DNA of 248,000 nucleotides from Hyalangium minutum (GTDB lineage Bacteria; Myxococcota; Myxococcia; Myxococcales; Myxococcaceae): NCBI RefSeq assembly GCF_000737315.1, contig NZ_JMCB01000008.1, positions 20,001 to 268,000 of the forward strand, read 5' to 3'. Shown piece by piece: positions 190,121 to 200,279 of this stretch (position 1 is its first letter; each line of letters starts with the position of its first letter). The notes under the pieces were generated by a model. It saw only the letters and a program-made list of their open reading frames with translations, ran no database searches and was not told where the DNA came from. The position numbers and the translations under genes were made by a program.

Positions 190121-191212
190121 CTACTTGCGCAGCGCGGAGGCGAGGACGAAGCGGCCGCACAGCTCGAGGGCGAGGTCGGACTCCGGCTGGCCATAGAAGC
190201 TGCCGGTGAAGACGGCCACCAGGTTCAGCGAGGGGAAGACGAAGAGGTACTGGCCTCCGTTGCCCCGAGCGAACCAGGCTTCTACGGGCGTGTCACCGAT
190301 GCCGAACGTGTTGACCCACCACAGGTGGCCATACTTCGAGTCCCCGAGCGGATGGCGCCCTACCGTCGACTCCCGCACCCAGTCCTCGGGAAGAACCTGC
190401 AGGCCTTGCCACCGGCCTCCGTCCAACATCACCTGTCCCAGCCGAGCGAAGTCCCGAGGGCGCAGGTGGAGGTGTCCGCCCGTGTCGGTGCGCCCGCCAT
190501 CCGCCGCCTGCCACGCGAAGTCGGTCACCCCCAGCGGCTCGAAGAGGTGGCGGCGCGAGAACTCGGGGAACGTCGTGCCCGCGGCGTCCTCCACCAGCGC
190601 GCCCAGCACCACCACGCCGCCGGTGCAGTACGCACTCGACTGGCCTGGCTCCTCCACCATCGGCAAGTCGAGGATGAACTTCACCCAGTCCCGCGAGTCG
190701 TACATCCGCTCTTCCTTGCCGGGAGAGTCCTCCTGCCAGTCGTTGCACGCCAGCCCGGTGCGCATCTCCAGCAGGTGGCGCGGCGTCAGCCGCTCCTTGC
190801 GCGCATCCGCGTTCTGGAAGGGCGCGTACCGGCTCAGCAGGGGCAGGATGGGCGCATCCAAGCCCGGCAGCAGCTTCTGCTCCAGGGCGATGCCCGTCAG
190901 CATCGAGGTGACGCTCTTGGTGGCCGAGCGCAGATCATGCGGCGTGTCGCGGCGGAAGCCGTTCCAGTAGCGCTCGTACACGAGCTTGCCGTTGCGCACG
191001 ATGAGCAGCGAGTCCGGCGCGCGGTAGTCTCCGGCCTCGAGCTTCCGCTCCAACTCCGCGAGCCTCGCGGGGTTCATCCCCTCGGCTTCCAGCGAGGAGA
191101 CGGGCCACCCGTCCCCGGTCGAATCCACCGGACTGCCAGGACCCTCCATCCCCAGGCCTCCGCAGGCCACCAATCCACATGCGAGCACCATCCCGACAAG
191201 CCAGTTTGCCAT
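190121..191212 (-). CDS. Class C beta-lactamase-like serine hydrolase (lipoprotein)
   Basis: SATK, YC, RGNGGQ. Confidence 0.85.
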   Translation of the reverse strand: MANWLVGMVLACGLVACGGLGMEGPGSPVDSTGDGWPVSSLEAEGMNPARLAELERKLEAGDYRAPDSLLIVRNGKLVYERYWNGFRRDTPHDLRSATKSVTSMLTGIALEQKLLPGLDAPILPLLSRYAPFQNADARKERLTPRHLLEMRTGLACNDWQEDSPGKEERMYDSRDWVKFILDLPMVEEPGQSSAYCTGGVVVLGALVEDAAGTTFPEFSRRHLFEPLGVTDFAWQAADGGRTDTGGHLHLRPRDFARLGQVMLDGGRWQGLQVLPEDWVRESTVGRHPLGDSKYGHLWWVNTFGIGDTPVEAWFARGNGGQYLFVFPSLNLVAVFTGSFYGQPESDLALELCGRFVLASALRK

Positions 191213-191336
191213 GGGCTCTCCAGACTCGGTTCAGGCCCGCGCTTCCACTGGGGCCGAAAGGTACCGCCAGAAGAAGGAGAACAGGAAGCCCACCGTGCGG
191301 CTTGACTGAACGAAATTTCAGGCTCACCTTGGGGAG

Positions 191337-192365
191337 GTGAAGCCGCGTCCCGTCTCCAATCCGCCCAACCCCTGGGCGAGCACCGAAGTGGAGTACCTCG
191401 ACGAGATCCCCCCCTCTCGGCTGGAGGTGCTGGAGGATCACAGCCGCGAGGTGCTGGCGCGCAACAACAGCCCGGACGTGTGCTTCACCTGGAGCATCAA
191501 CCCGTACCGGGGCTGCATGCACGCCTGCGCGTACTGCTATGCGCGCCCCACCCACGAATACCTGAGCCTGGGTGCGGGCACGGACTTCGAGACGCGCATC
191601 GTCGTGAAGCCCCACGCCCCGGAACTGCTCCGCGAGGCCTTCGAGCGCCCCAAGTGGCAGGGCGAGCCCATCGTCTTCAGCGGGGTGACGGACTGCTACC
191701 AGCCACTGGAGGCGTCGCTGCGGCTCACGCGCCGGTGCCTGGAGGTGTGCGCTGAGTACCGCAACCCCGTGGGCATCATCACCAAGGGCGTGCTCATCGA
191801 GAGAGATATCGACGTGCTCCAGACGCTGGCCCGCGAGTCCCAGTTATGGGTGAGCGTGAGCGTGCCGTTCCACAACCCGGAGCTGGCGCGGGCGATGGAG
191901 CCGTACGTGGCCACGCCGAAGCGGCGGATGCAAACCATCGAGAAGCTGGCGGCGGCGGGGATCAACGTGGCGGTGTCAGTGGCGCCCATCATCCCGGGCC
192001 TCAATGACGAGGACATCGCCAAGGTGCTCGGAGCGGCGCGGGAGGCGGGAGCCCAGAGGGCCCACTACACCCTGCTGCGGCTGCCCGGCCCGGTGAAAGA
192101 AGTGTTCGAGGAGCGCCTGCGCGAAAAGCTGCCCCTGCGCGCCGAGCGCGTGCTGCACCGCATCCGGGAGACGCGAGGCGGAGAGCTGTCCGATCCGCGC
192201 TTCAAGCACCGCATGCGCGGCGAGGGGATCTACGCGCAGACCATCGAGCGGCTGTTCGACGCGGCAGCGCGCAAGGTGGGGATGAGGATGTCCATGATGA
192301 CGGAAGCCGCGCCCTCCCCTTTCCGGCGGCCGACGCGGCCCTCTGCCCAGCTCAGCCTGTTCTGA
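191337..192365 (+). CDS. Radical SAM protein (PA0069 / SPL-like)
   Basis: YRGCMHACAYCYAR, DCYQP. Confidence 0.9.
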   Translation: MKPRPVSNPPNPWASTEVEYLDEIPPSRLEVLEDHSREVLARNNSPDVCFTWSINPYRGCMHACAYCYARPTHEYLSLGAGTDFETRIVVKPHAPELLREAFERPKWQGEPIVFSGVTDCYQPLEASLRLTRRCLEVCAEYRNPVGIITKGVLIERDIDVLQTLARESQLWVSVSVPFHNPELARAMEPYVATPKRRMQTIEKLAAAGINVAVSVAPIIPGLNDEDIAKVLGAAREAGAQRAHYTLLRLPGPVKEVFEERLREKLPLRAERVLHRIRETRGGELSDPRFKHRMRGEGIYAQTIERLFDAAARKVGMRMSMMTEAAPSPFRRPTRPSAQLSLF

Positions 192366-192368
192366 GAG
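192306..192368 (+). repeat. Direct repeat copy 1 (3' end of radical SAM gene)
   Basis: Near-identical to 194775-194836. Confidence 0.88.
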
Positions 192369-192444
192369 ACAGCCGGGAGGTGGGCCTTGAGTGCTTCCAC
192401 GGCCGGCGTGGACAGGTCCTCCGTTTGACCGGCCTGCCTCTCCG

Positions 192445-193212
192445 TCACCCGGCGTCTGCGATGCGATCGAGCAGTTCGCTCAACAGCAAACTCTCGCCCT
192501 TCGTGAGAACCGTGATCTGGTCGATGGAGGCACGCAGCGCTGCAGCCTTTGCGCGGACATCCGCGTTCTCCGGTGTCACCGCCTCGCTCGTGATCGCGGC
192601 CACGACCGCCTCGCGTGCAGCATCGGCGAGTCCAAGGTCGCGCTGCCCTTCGGGCTGGCGCAGGAGCGTGAGCACGGCCCCGGTCCCCATCGCCGACACA
192701 AGGCCGAGAGCCCGCTCTTCACTGACCCGCAGCCGGCCCGCGAGCGCGATGTTCCGGATGCGCCGCCGCAGAACATCCTTCCCGTCGCTGACGGCAGGAG
192801 ACTGCCAAGCCGGATGCGGATCGCTGCTCATGATCGCGAACAGCCCTGGATGGCTCAGGCCAAACGCGACGTGCGTGTCCCAGCCATCGCGAAAGTCCTG
192901 AAGCGGGTCGGGATGCGGCGTACGCGCGGACTTCTCCGACACGTAGCTATTCAGCACGTGCTCGATAACGACTGTAAGGAGGCCTCGTTTGTCGCCGAAG
193001 AGCCGGTAGATGGTCGGCGCCTGCACACCGGCGGCGGCGGCCACGGCCCGCGTGGTCGCGGCATCGGGACCTCCGGAGGAGATGAGCTCAGCGGCGGCCG
193101 CAATGATGCGCGCGCGCACATCGGGGCCCTCGGCGTCTTGAGCGGCGGACTTCTCGCGGTCCTCCATGGATCTGACGGTAGCACGCGGCCACCGAAACGG
193201 TGCTACCAGCAA
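192445..193212 (-). CDS. TetR-family regulator
   Basis: TTRAVA..AGV..PTIYRLF. Confidence 0.88.
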   Translation of the reverse strand: MLVAPFRWPRATVRSMEDREKSAAQDAEGPDVRARIIAAAAELISSGGPDAATTRAVAAAAGVQAPTIYRLFGDKRGLLTVVIEHVLNSYVSEKSARTPHPDPLQDFRDGWDTHVAFGLSHPGLFAIMSSDPHPAWQSPAVSDGKDVLRRRIRNIALAGRLRVSEERALGLVSAMGTGAVLTLLRQPEGQRDLGLADAAREAVVAAITSEAVTPENADVRAKAAALRASIDQITVLTKGESLLLSELLDRIADAG

Positions 193213-193239
193213 ATTGATAGCGGCGTTAACAGGGCCGCA

Positions 193240-193252
193240 TTATCATTGATAA
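193240..193252. promoter_or_regulatory. Candidate TetR operator
   Basis: TTATCA-T-TGATAA between divergent genes. Confidence 0.55.
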
Positions 193253-193289
193253 CGCAGCGGCGTTTCCACCGTTAGCCAAGGGGCGTTCA

Positions 193290-194162
193290 ATGATCGTCGT
193301 GACCGGAGCAACAGGGCAGCTCGGCCGTCTCATCGTGGAGAAACTCGTCACCCGCGTCCCGGTGGAGCGGGTCGCCATCAGTGTCCGAGACGTTCAGAAG
193401 GCCCAGGAGTTGGCGGCACGCGGCGTCCGAGTGCGCAGAGGCGACTTCACGGATCCGAAGAGTCTCGCGCACGCCTTCGAGGGCGCGTCCCAGGTCCTGA
193501 TCGTCTCGTCGAATGCGGCTGCGCATGGCGGCGATCCCCTCGCCCAACATCGCTCCGCCATCGACGCCGCACGGTCTGCGGGCGCGCGGCGCATTGTCTA
193601 CACGAGCCACATGGCCGCGAGCCGTTCGTCGGCATTTCCTCCGATGATTGACCATGCGGCGACGGAGCAGATGCTGGGCGAGTCCGGTCTGGCGTGGACC
193701 GCGCTTCGCAACGGTTTCTACGCTGCGAGTGCGATGTTCCTGCTGGGGCGGGGCCTTCAGACGGGAGTCTTCGAGGCGCCCGCGGACGGAAAGGTCTCCT
193801 GGACCACGCACGCAGACCTTGCGGAGGCGGCCGCGGTGATTCTGGCGAACGAGGGGCAGAACAACGGGCCGACGCCGCCGCTCACGGCAGCGCAGGCGCT
193901 CGACTTCGGAGAGCTGTGCGACATCGCGTCGAGTGTCCTCGGACGGCCGCTCCGTCGAAGCACCGTGTCAGAGGACGAGATGCGCGCGAAGCTCACGGCG
194001 TTCGGAATGCCCGCGCACGCGGTCGCCATCTCGCTCGGCCTTTACCGCGCGAGCCGCAATGGCGAGTTCGCGGCCGTCGATCCCACGCTGCAGAAGTTGC
194101 TCGGGCGTGCGCCAACAAGCATGCGCGAGGTGATTGCCGAGAAGATGGGCCGAGCGGCTTAA
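193290..194162 (+). CDS. NmrA/QOR2-like SDR oxidoreductase
   Basis: TGATGQLG, LRNGFY. Confidence 0.88.
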   Translation: MIVVTGATGQLGRLIVEKLVTRVPVERVAISVRDVQKAQELAARGVRVRRGDFTDPKSLAHAFEGASQVLIVSSNAAAHGGDPLAQHRSAIDAARSAGARRIVYTSHMAASRSSAFPPMIDHAATEQMLGESGLAWTALRNGFYAASAMFLLGRGLQTGVFEAPADGKVSWTTHADLAEAAAVILANEGQNNGPTPPLTAAQALDFGELCDIASSVLGRPLRRSTVSEDEMRAKLTAFGMPAHAVAISLGLYRASRNGEFAAVDPTLQKLLGRAPTSMREVIAEKMGRAA

Positions 194163-194191
194163 GACGGAGAGAGGCTGCTCGGCTTGCTTGG

Positions 194192-194698
194192 TCATGGGTC
194201 CAGGGGTGACCCACCTCGCTCAACTCCACAAGGTCTCCCAGCACGTCCTGGGCCGGACGGATACGCCCGAGCCACCTGCTCCAGCGCCCGCAGCCGCTCA
194301 CGCAGCGATCGCGGCTGATGAGCCGCCCACGCGTACAGCGTCACGCCGTCGATCGCATCCATCACCACATACGGAAAGGACTCCCCGTTCGGCGACGTCC
194401 ACTCGCCGCGGTCATGCAGCCGGGGCACGTGGGGATGGCGCACGCGCGAGAGCAGCTCTCCCTCGCGCTCGAATCGAGGATCCCTCGGGTAGCGCGCCAC
194501 CTTCAGGGCGAAGGGCCCCGCGCTCTCCTGCCCCACCCGCTCCACGAGGTAGACGAAGCCGTAGACTCCCAGACCCTTGCCCCGCAGCACACGCCAAGGG
194601 CCTACCTGCATGCCAGCAGTGAGTTCCGCGGGCCCTCGTGCCTGTCCCCGTTCCACACCGCACCTCAGGGTGAACACCGGGTGGACCTCTCTGTCCAC
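194192..194698 (-). pseudogene. Ser/Thr kinase N-lobe fragment
   Basis: GLGVYGFVY, FALK; ends before HRD. Confidence 0.7.
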
Positions 194699-194774
194699 CC
194701 GGGTGTCACCCTACCTCATGGGTCGCTCCGGCGCACAGCCACACAGCCCCCAAAAGCTGCCCCTGTGCCAGAGA

Positions 194775-194836
194775 CCGCGCCCTCCTCTTTCCGGAGGCCG
194801 GCGCGGCCCTCTGCCCAGCTCAGCCTGTTCTGAGAG
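194775..194836 (+). repeat. Direct repeat copy 2
   Basis: Also encodes FRRPARPSAQLSLF-stop. Confidence 0.88.
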
Positions 194837-194855
194837 TGCACGCCCTTCGATGATG

Positions 194856-194882
194856 GACTTAGTATACCCCGTATACTAAGTC
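194856..194882. promoter_or_regulatory. Perfect 12-bp inverted repeat, candidate operator
   Basis: GACTTAGTATAC-CCC-GTATACTAAGTC upstream of the amidohydrolase. Confidence 0.65.
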
Positions 194883-194897
194883 CTGCTCCATGCTGGC

Positions 194898-196322
194898 TTG
194901 CCTCCAGAGGAGAACCGCATGAGCGAACGATGGCTGCTCCGTGGCGCTGAGGTGATCACCTGCGATCCCGACAGCGCCGACATGCCGCGCGCAGACGTCC
195001 TGATCGAGAACGGAGTCATCGCTGCGATGGGTCCTGGGCTCCGCGCGGACGATTGCCGGGTTCTTGAGCTCGACGGAAAGATCCTCATGCCCGGCTTCAT
195101 CGACACGCATCGGCACACGTGGCAGACGCCGCTGCGCGCGTTGGGTGGGGACTGGACCGTCATGGACTACCTGGCAGCCGTGCGAGTGAAGCTCGCGCCG
195201 GCCTTCCGCCCCAGCGACATCTACGCCGCGAACCTCGCCGGCGCGCTGGAGGCGCTGGACGCAGGCATCACCACCCTCGTCGACTACTCCCACTGCATCG
195301 AGTCACCCGAGCACGCCGACAGCGCGCTGGAGGCCCTCGAGCACGCCCGGATTCGAGCGCTCTTCTCTTACGGCTATGCGGAGGGCGCGCGCGCGAGCCC
195401 TGCCTTTCCCACCCACGAGAGCCGGCTCCAGGACGCCCGGCGCTTGCGGACCACACGCCTTGCATCGGACGACCGCCTGGTCCGGATGGGGATTGCCCTC
195501 ACCGAGATGCAGATCCCGTGGGAGTCGAGCCGGGCCGAGATCCGCTCGGCGCGCGAGCTCAACGTGCCCATCACCGCGCATTGCTCGGCCTGGCCCGTGT
195601 CAGGACCGAGCGAGATCCAGCAGATGGCCACCGAGGGGTTGCTCGGGCCGGATGTCCTCTTCGTCCACTGCACGTGGAGCTCCGAGGAGGATCTGAAGCG
195701 CATCGCCGACAGTGGTGGGGCGATCGCGGTGACCCCAGAGACCGAGCTGCAGATGGGCATGGGCTTCCCCGTCACTGGGCGTGCGCTGCGAAGCCGCGTT
195801 CGTACAACGCTCGGCTGTGACGTCGTCTCGAGCAACGGCGGAGACTTGTTCACCGCCATGCGGCTTGCCCTGCAGGTCGAGCGGGGCCTGGCAAACGCAC
195901 GTGGAGGGATGCCCCGGGCCCTCGACCTCAAGGCAGAGCGGCTGCTCCAGATGGTGACGCGCGACGCCGCGGAGGCGATTGGGCTGGGGCGCGTCACCGG
196001 CTCGCTCCGTCCGGGCAAGGATGCCGATCTCATTGTTCTCGCCGCGGACGCGCTGAACATGACGCCGCTCAATCGTCCGCGAGATGCGGTCGTGATGCAG
196101 GCCCATGCGGGCAACGTCGAGTCCGTGATGGTTCGCGGCAGGCTGGTGAAGCACCGGGGGGTGCTGCTCGACGTGGACCTGCCTGCCGTCAGGCGCAAGG
196201 TGGTCGAGACGCGCAACGCCGTGCTCGAGCGCGTGGGAGGCCTGTCGATGCTCCTCAGCGATCGGGCGGAGCTCGACAAGCACTGGGACACGGGCGGCGG
196301 TGCCACCACGGACGACGCGTAA
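194898..196322 (+). CDS. Amidohydrolase (Atz/Trz-like)
   Basis: PGFIDTHRH, H, GCD. Confidence 0.85.
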   Translation: MPPEENRMSERWLLRGAEVITCDPDSADMPRADVLIENGVIAAMGPGLRADDCRVLELDGKILMPGFIDTHRHTWQTPLRALGGDWTVMDYLAAVRVKLAPAFRPSDIYAANLAGALEALDAGITTLVDYSHCIESPEHADSALEALEHARIRALFSYGYAEGARASPAFPTHESRLQDARRLRTTRLASDDRLVRMGIALTEMQIPWESSRAEIRSARELNVPITAHCSAWPVSGPSEIQQMATEGLLGPDVLFVHCTWSSEEDLKRIADSGGAIAVTPETELQMGMGFPVTGRALRSRVRTTLGCDVVSSNGGDLFTAMRLALQVERGLANARGGMPRALDLKAERLLQMVTRDAAEAIGLGRVTGSLRPGKDADLIVLAADALNMTPLNRPRDAVVMQAHAGNVESVMVRGRLVKHRGVLLDVDLPAVRRKVVETRNAVLERVGGLSMLLSDRAELDKHWDTGGGATTDDA

Positions 196323-196334
196323 CGGCGGGCAGGC

Positions 196335-197066
196335 TCACGCCTTGCGTGTCAGCCGGCCTCTCCTCACCCCGGCGAGCCGCGCATCGATGCGCCTCTGGAT
196401 TCCCTCGAGCATGAAGCTCAAGCTGGCCTCGAACTCGGCCTCGATGCTCGTGGCTTGCATATGGGGCAGGGTGTGGGCGATGCCAGGGTATTCTCCAGGA
196501 GGCAGCGTCGCGGCCGCAGCGAAGAACCGCTGAAAGAGAGGGGGGGCCTCCTCACTCCGAGAGTCCCACTGCTCTTGTCGACGCACTGCCCCGGCGAGCC
196601 AGGAGAAGAAGGTGTTGTGCAGCGCTCCAGCTTCCTCCCACGGAACACCGGCGTCATGCAGCTTGCGGACTGTCCGGTCGAGGATGACGAGCGTGGCGCC
196701 GACGATGGGACCTTCCTCCAAGAGGAAGTCCATGACACCTCGGTTCGCCAGTCCGAGCGCGCGCACCCGCCTGGCAAGCTCCCGGAGCCACGCCAGCGGC
196801 TCCAGGCGATCCTCGGGCAGCAAGAGCGTCGCGAAAATCTCCTCGACGACCCACAGCGCGAGCTCGTCCCGGTTCGCGACGTGCTTGTACACGGCCATGG
196901 GGGTCACCCCAAGCCGCTCGGCCAGGGACCGCATCGAGAGCGTTCGGAGCCCATCCTCTCGGACGAGCTCTACCGCGGTCGCCACGACCAGGGCGCGGGA
197001 GAGGCGCGGAGGGCGCCCTCGCACCTTGCGTGGCTTGCTCTCGTCGGAAGGCATGGGCGTGAGCAT
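196335..197066 (-). CDS. TetR-family regulator
   Basis: SMRSLA.RLGV.PMAVYKH. Confidence 0.88.
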   Translation of the reverse strand: MLTPMPSDESKPRKVRGRPPRLSRALVVATAVELVREDGLRTLSMRSLAERLGVTPMAVYKHVANRDELALWVVEEIFATLLLPEDRLEPLAWLRELARRVRALGLANRGVMDFLLEEGPIVGATLVILDRTVRKLHDAGVPWEEAGALHNTFFSWLAGAVRRQEQWDSRSEEAPPLFQRFFAAAATLPPGEYPGIAHTLPHMQATSIEAEFEASLSFMLEGIQRRIDARLAGVRRGRLTRKA

Positions 197067-197286
197067 AGGCTGACGCCGCGGAGCGTGAAGACCCGAGTAT
197101 TAAGATGGGCCGCATGGACGCACGGAACTCGTGCCACGAGGCCATCCCTGCGGCTCGAGAGAGAAGCGGCGGCAACGCTCCGCAGCGAGCGCCAGCCCGG
197201 TCACCAGCGCGATGAGCACGAGGAGGCCGAGGAAGCTGGGCATGGCGCTCCGCCATTCTTGGGAGAGAGGTCTCTGCGCGGACGGC

Positions 197287-197976
197287 TCACACCGAGGTCG
197301 GAGCCTCGCCGCGCTTGGGCTCGACGTCCGCCGAGGCCACGCTCGTGGCGGCTGTCTCCTGGTCCGCCGTCACCAGTGGCACATCGACGAGGTGCTCGGA
197401 GACGAACCAGACCTGCATCTCGTTCACTCTCACCACCTCGCTCACCAGGAGGTCGTTCGTCCCTTCATCCCCCAGCTCCGAGGCACGGCGCGCCGCCTCG
197501 CGGGACTGGCGGAGGATGTACTCATGGGCCTCGAGCAGCCGGGAGAGCTGCACCGCCGGCTCCTCCACGTCCCGCGGCGGGCGCTCGATCTTGCTCAGCT
197601 CCGCGACATCGTGCGGCATTCCCAGGCTGACACCGCCGAGGAGCTGGATGCGCTCGGCCAGCGCATCCACCAGCTCCGCCTGCTCCTCGTAGTGCTTATC
197701 GAAGAGCAGGTGCAGTTGATAGAAGGTCGCGCCCGACGTCTGCCAGTGGTGCTTCTTGTACATGTCCCTCAGGACAATGGTGTCCACGAGCACCTGGTTG
197801 AGCCGGGCCACGCTGTCTGCCTTGGCCTCCTCGCTCAGGCCGAGGGGGAGCTTGCGGAGTGTCCCAGCTCGCTGGAGGACCTTGCCGCGTTGCCTCAGAA
197901 TGGGGGACGCCTGGTCTCCATCCGTGCTCTTCCAGCCTGCGCCCTTTCGTCCCTGTCCCTGTACGCTCGCCATCAT
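197287..197976 (-). CDS. dps: Dps-family protein
   Basis: KHHW...FYQLHLLFD...DALAER. Confidence 0.9.
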   Translation of the reverse strand: MMASVQGQGRKGAGWKSTDGDQASPILRQRGKVLQRAGTLRKLPLGLSEEAKADSVARLNQVLVDTIVLRDMYKKHHWQTSGATFYQLHLLFDKHYEEQAELVDALAERIQLLGGVSLGMPHDVAELSKIERPPRDVEEPAVQLSRLLEAHEYILRQSREAARRASELGDEGTNDLLVSEVVRVNEMQVWFVSEHLVDVPLVTADQETAATSVASADVEPKRGEAPTSV

Positions 197977-198342
197977 GTCCTCCTGGTGGAACGGCGGAAT
198001 GCCTGACAACGTGCCGCCGGCTCTCTCAACGCTGGGATGGGGCTGACGGGGCCGCAAGCTCGGCCATCGCGAATGCGCGCCCGTTCGACGAGGGAGGAAG
198101 GAGGGCCTGCACGGCGGCTTCTCCTCAGATGACTGGAGTCACCACGCCGAGACGCCAGTCACCAGAGGGGCTGCGGCTCGCCGCGCTTCGGTTCCAGGCC
198201 GGGCTTTCCAACCTCTTGAGATCACAAGGACTCCGCGGCGGGCCCTGCTTCCTTCCGCGCTGGCACGCCAGCCGCATTGAGAAGGGCTCAAGTCGTTGCG
198301 CACGGTCTCGCGCTCCACCTCTTCGATGACAGGAGTCACCCC

Positions 198343-199227
198343 ATGAAAGGCCTCAAGCTCGGCGGATTCAAGGCACCGTCCTCCCTCCCCGGAATCAAGA
198401 CGGACATGCCGCGGGCGCCGTCGCCCACGAGCCCGAAGCCTTCCTCTTCCTCCCAGCCGAAGCAGTTCAAGGACGGGTTTGACGCTGCGGGTGCCAAGCC
198501 CCCGCAGCAGCCGGGCAAGAACGTCACCTCGTCGTTCGGCTCCAACCCGCTGGGCCACGCGGGCCAGAACACCCTGAACTCCTACAACATGTTCCCGGGA
198601 GGCGCGCCGCAGGGTGTGGCGCTCCCCAACGCCAACAAGCCCTTCGTTCACGCCAACGACTCCGTGGTGACGCTGAACGCCCATCAGCACCAGGGCAACA
198701 CGAACCTGTCCGTCACCGGAGCCGGAAATCAGGGCATCCCGTCGCACTACATGCACTACCTGTCGACGGGCGAGGGCAAGTTCGCGGGCATCCAGGGCGT
198801 GCCGCTCCACCCGCGTCCGGATCAGCCGCAGATGGTGGTGACGGGGGCCCTCAACGGCTGCGCCGTCCACGCCCTGCACGATCCAAAGAACAACACGCTG
198901 TCCTTCCTCCACCACGCGGACTACTCGAAGAATGGCGCGAACGAGCTGAAGGACTTCCTCTCCAAACCGGACAATAAGCACATGCTCCCCGTGGGGAGCT
199001 TCACGCCCAGCGAGTACTCGCATCCCACGGGCAAGCACGGCGTCCCGACCGGCGCCACGCCCTTCATCCACTACACCCAGCCCTCCGGCAATCGCCCGGG
199101 CCAGTGGACGATCGCCGGTCAGCTCAACACCTTCAAGAACGGTGGCACCCCCGGTGGCCGCCCCGAGCTCATGCGGCCCACGGACCTGAAGGTGCCCTTC
199201 GTGCAGACGATCCCCGTGACGCCGTAG
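198343..199227 (+). CDS. Putative CNF1-like deamidase effector
   Basis: VVTGALNGC with His 17-18 residues later; low-complexity N-terminus. Confidence 0.45.
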   Translation: MKGLKLGGFKAPSSLPGIKTDMPRAPSPTSPKPSSSSQPKQFKDGFDAAGAKPPQQPGKNVTSSFGSNPLGHAGQNTLNSYNMFPGGAPQGVALPNANKPFVHANDSVVTLNAHQHQGNTNLSVTGAGNQGIPSHYMHYLSTGEGKFAGIQGVPLHPRPDQPQMVVTGALNGCAVHALHDPKNNTLSFLHHADYSKNGANELKDFLSKPDNKHMLPVGSFTPSEYSHPTGKHGVPTGATPFIHYTQPSGNRPGQWTIAGQLNTFKNGGTPGGRPELMRPTDLKVPFVQTIPVTP

Positions 199228-199370
199228 CCAACCGCTCGAGTCCATCGGGGCGGCTGCACAACCGTCCACACTCTCCCAGCGCGCCTCTTGCCCTCGGCGG
199301 GCCCAACTGTAGGGTCGCCGGAGGATCGACGACCTCTGGTACAAGAACGCCATCGTCTATTGCCTGGACG

Positions 199371-200273
199371 TCAAGACGTTTCCCGCTTCTTGGCCTCCTC
199401 GATCTGCTTCGCAATCCAGTCGCGGTAGCTGGAGGTGCTGGTGAACCAAGACTCCGTGGCACCTTGACTGACGTACCCGCCGTTGATGCCCACGAGATAC
199501 CGCGTGCCCTTCTCCTCCAGGAAGCAAGGCCCTCCGCTGTCGCCTCGATGAGTGTGCGCGCCCGGGAACCGGAACCGGATCTCCCGGCCCTTGCGATCGT
199601 TCGACAGGCGGAGCTCCGCCACCACGTTGCTTCCGAAACGGCGAATGCCTTTCAGCGCGGGTTCGTCCGCCACGGCCCCATAGCCAACGACGGTGACTTC
199701 ATCGTTCAGGAGAACCTCCGCCTCCCGCAGCTTGTTGTCCCAAGACGTGTTGGCGAGTTCCTTCTCCAGGTAGATGACCGCCAGATCCGCAACCTTGCTC
199801 TTGACGAAGAGCCTGCCACCCGCCACGTCCAACTCGGACCTGAACCCTTCGTGGACGACCACTGTCCCTCCGGTCCTGTCAACCCAAGGTTCCACCCCCT
199901 CCCGCGACCGGTACAAGACGCTCTCTACCACTACGTTCTTCTTGCAGGCTGTCTTGTCCATGCTCCGAACGCTGGGGCCACTCGGCCAACAAAAGCAGTG
200001 TGCTGCGGTGAGGACGAGGCGCCGCGCGATGAGCACACCGCTGCACAGGCCTGATCCGATCTCGATCTGGACCGCAGACCGGAAGCGATTCTCGGCATCC
200101 TCTATCCCACCGGAGAGCCCGAACTCATCACGAGAGGGAGAAACCAGACCCAGCCCAAGAGGACCGTCTGCAGCCATACCCGTTGCGGCTTCTCCCGAGA
200201 CGCACCCACCCGCGAGCGAGAGGAAGAGCATCAAGCCCAGCGTGGCTTCCCGTCTCGCATACCGTCGCGACAT
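199371..200273 (-). CDS. Trypsin-like S1 protease (lipoprotein)
   Basis: LTAAHC, GDSGGP. Confidence 0.85.
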   Translation of the reverse strand: MSRRYARREATLGLMLFLSLAGGCVSGEAATGMAADGPLGLGLVSPSRDEFGLSGGIEDAENRFRSAVQIEIGSGLCSGVLIARRLVLTAAHCFCWPSGPSVRSMDKTACKKNVVVESVLYRSREGVEPWVDRTGGTVVVHEGFRSELDVAGGRLFVKSKVADLAVIYLEKELANTSWDNKLREAEVLLNDEVTVVGYGAVADEPALKGIRRFGSNVVAELRLSNDRKGREIRFRFPGAHTHRGDSGGPCFLEEKGTRYLVGINGGYVSQGATESWFTSTSSYRDWIAKQIEEAKKRETS

Positions 200274-200279
200274 CTGCGC

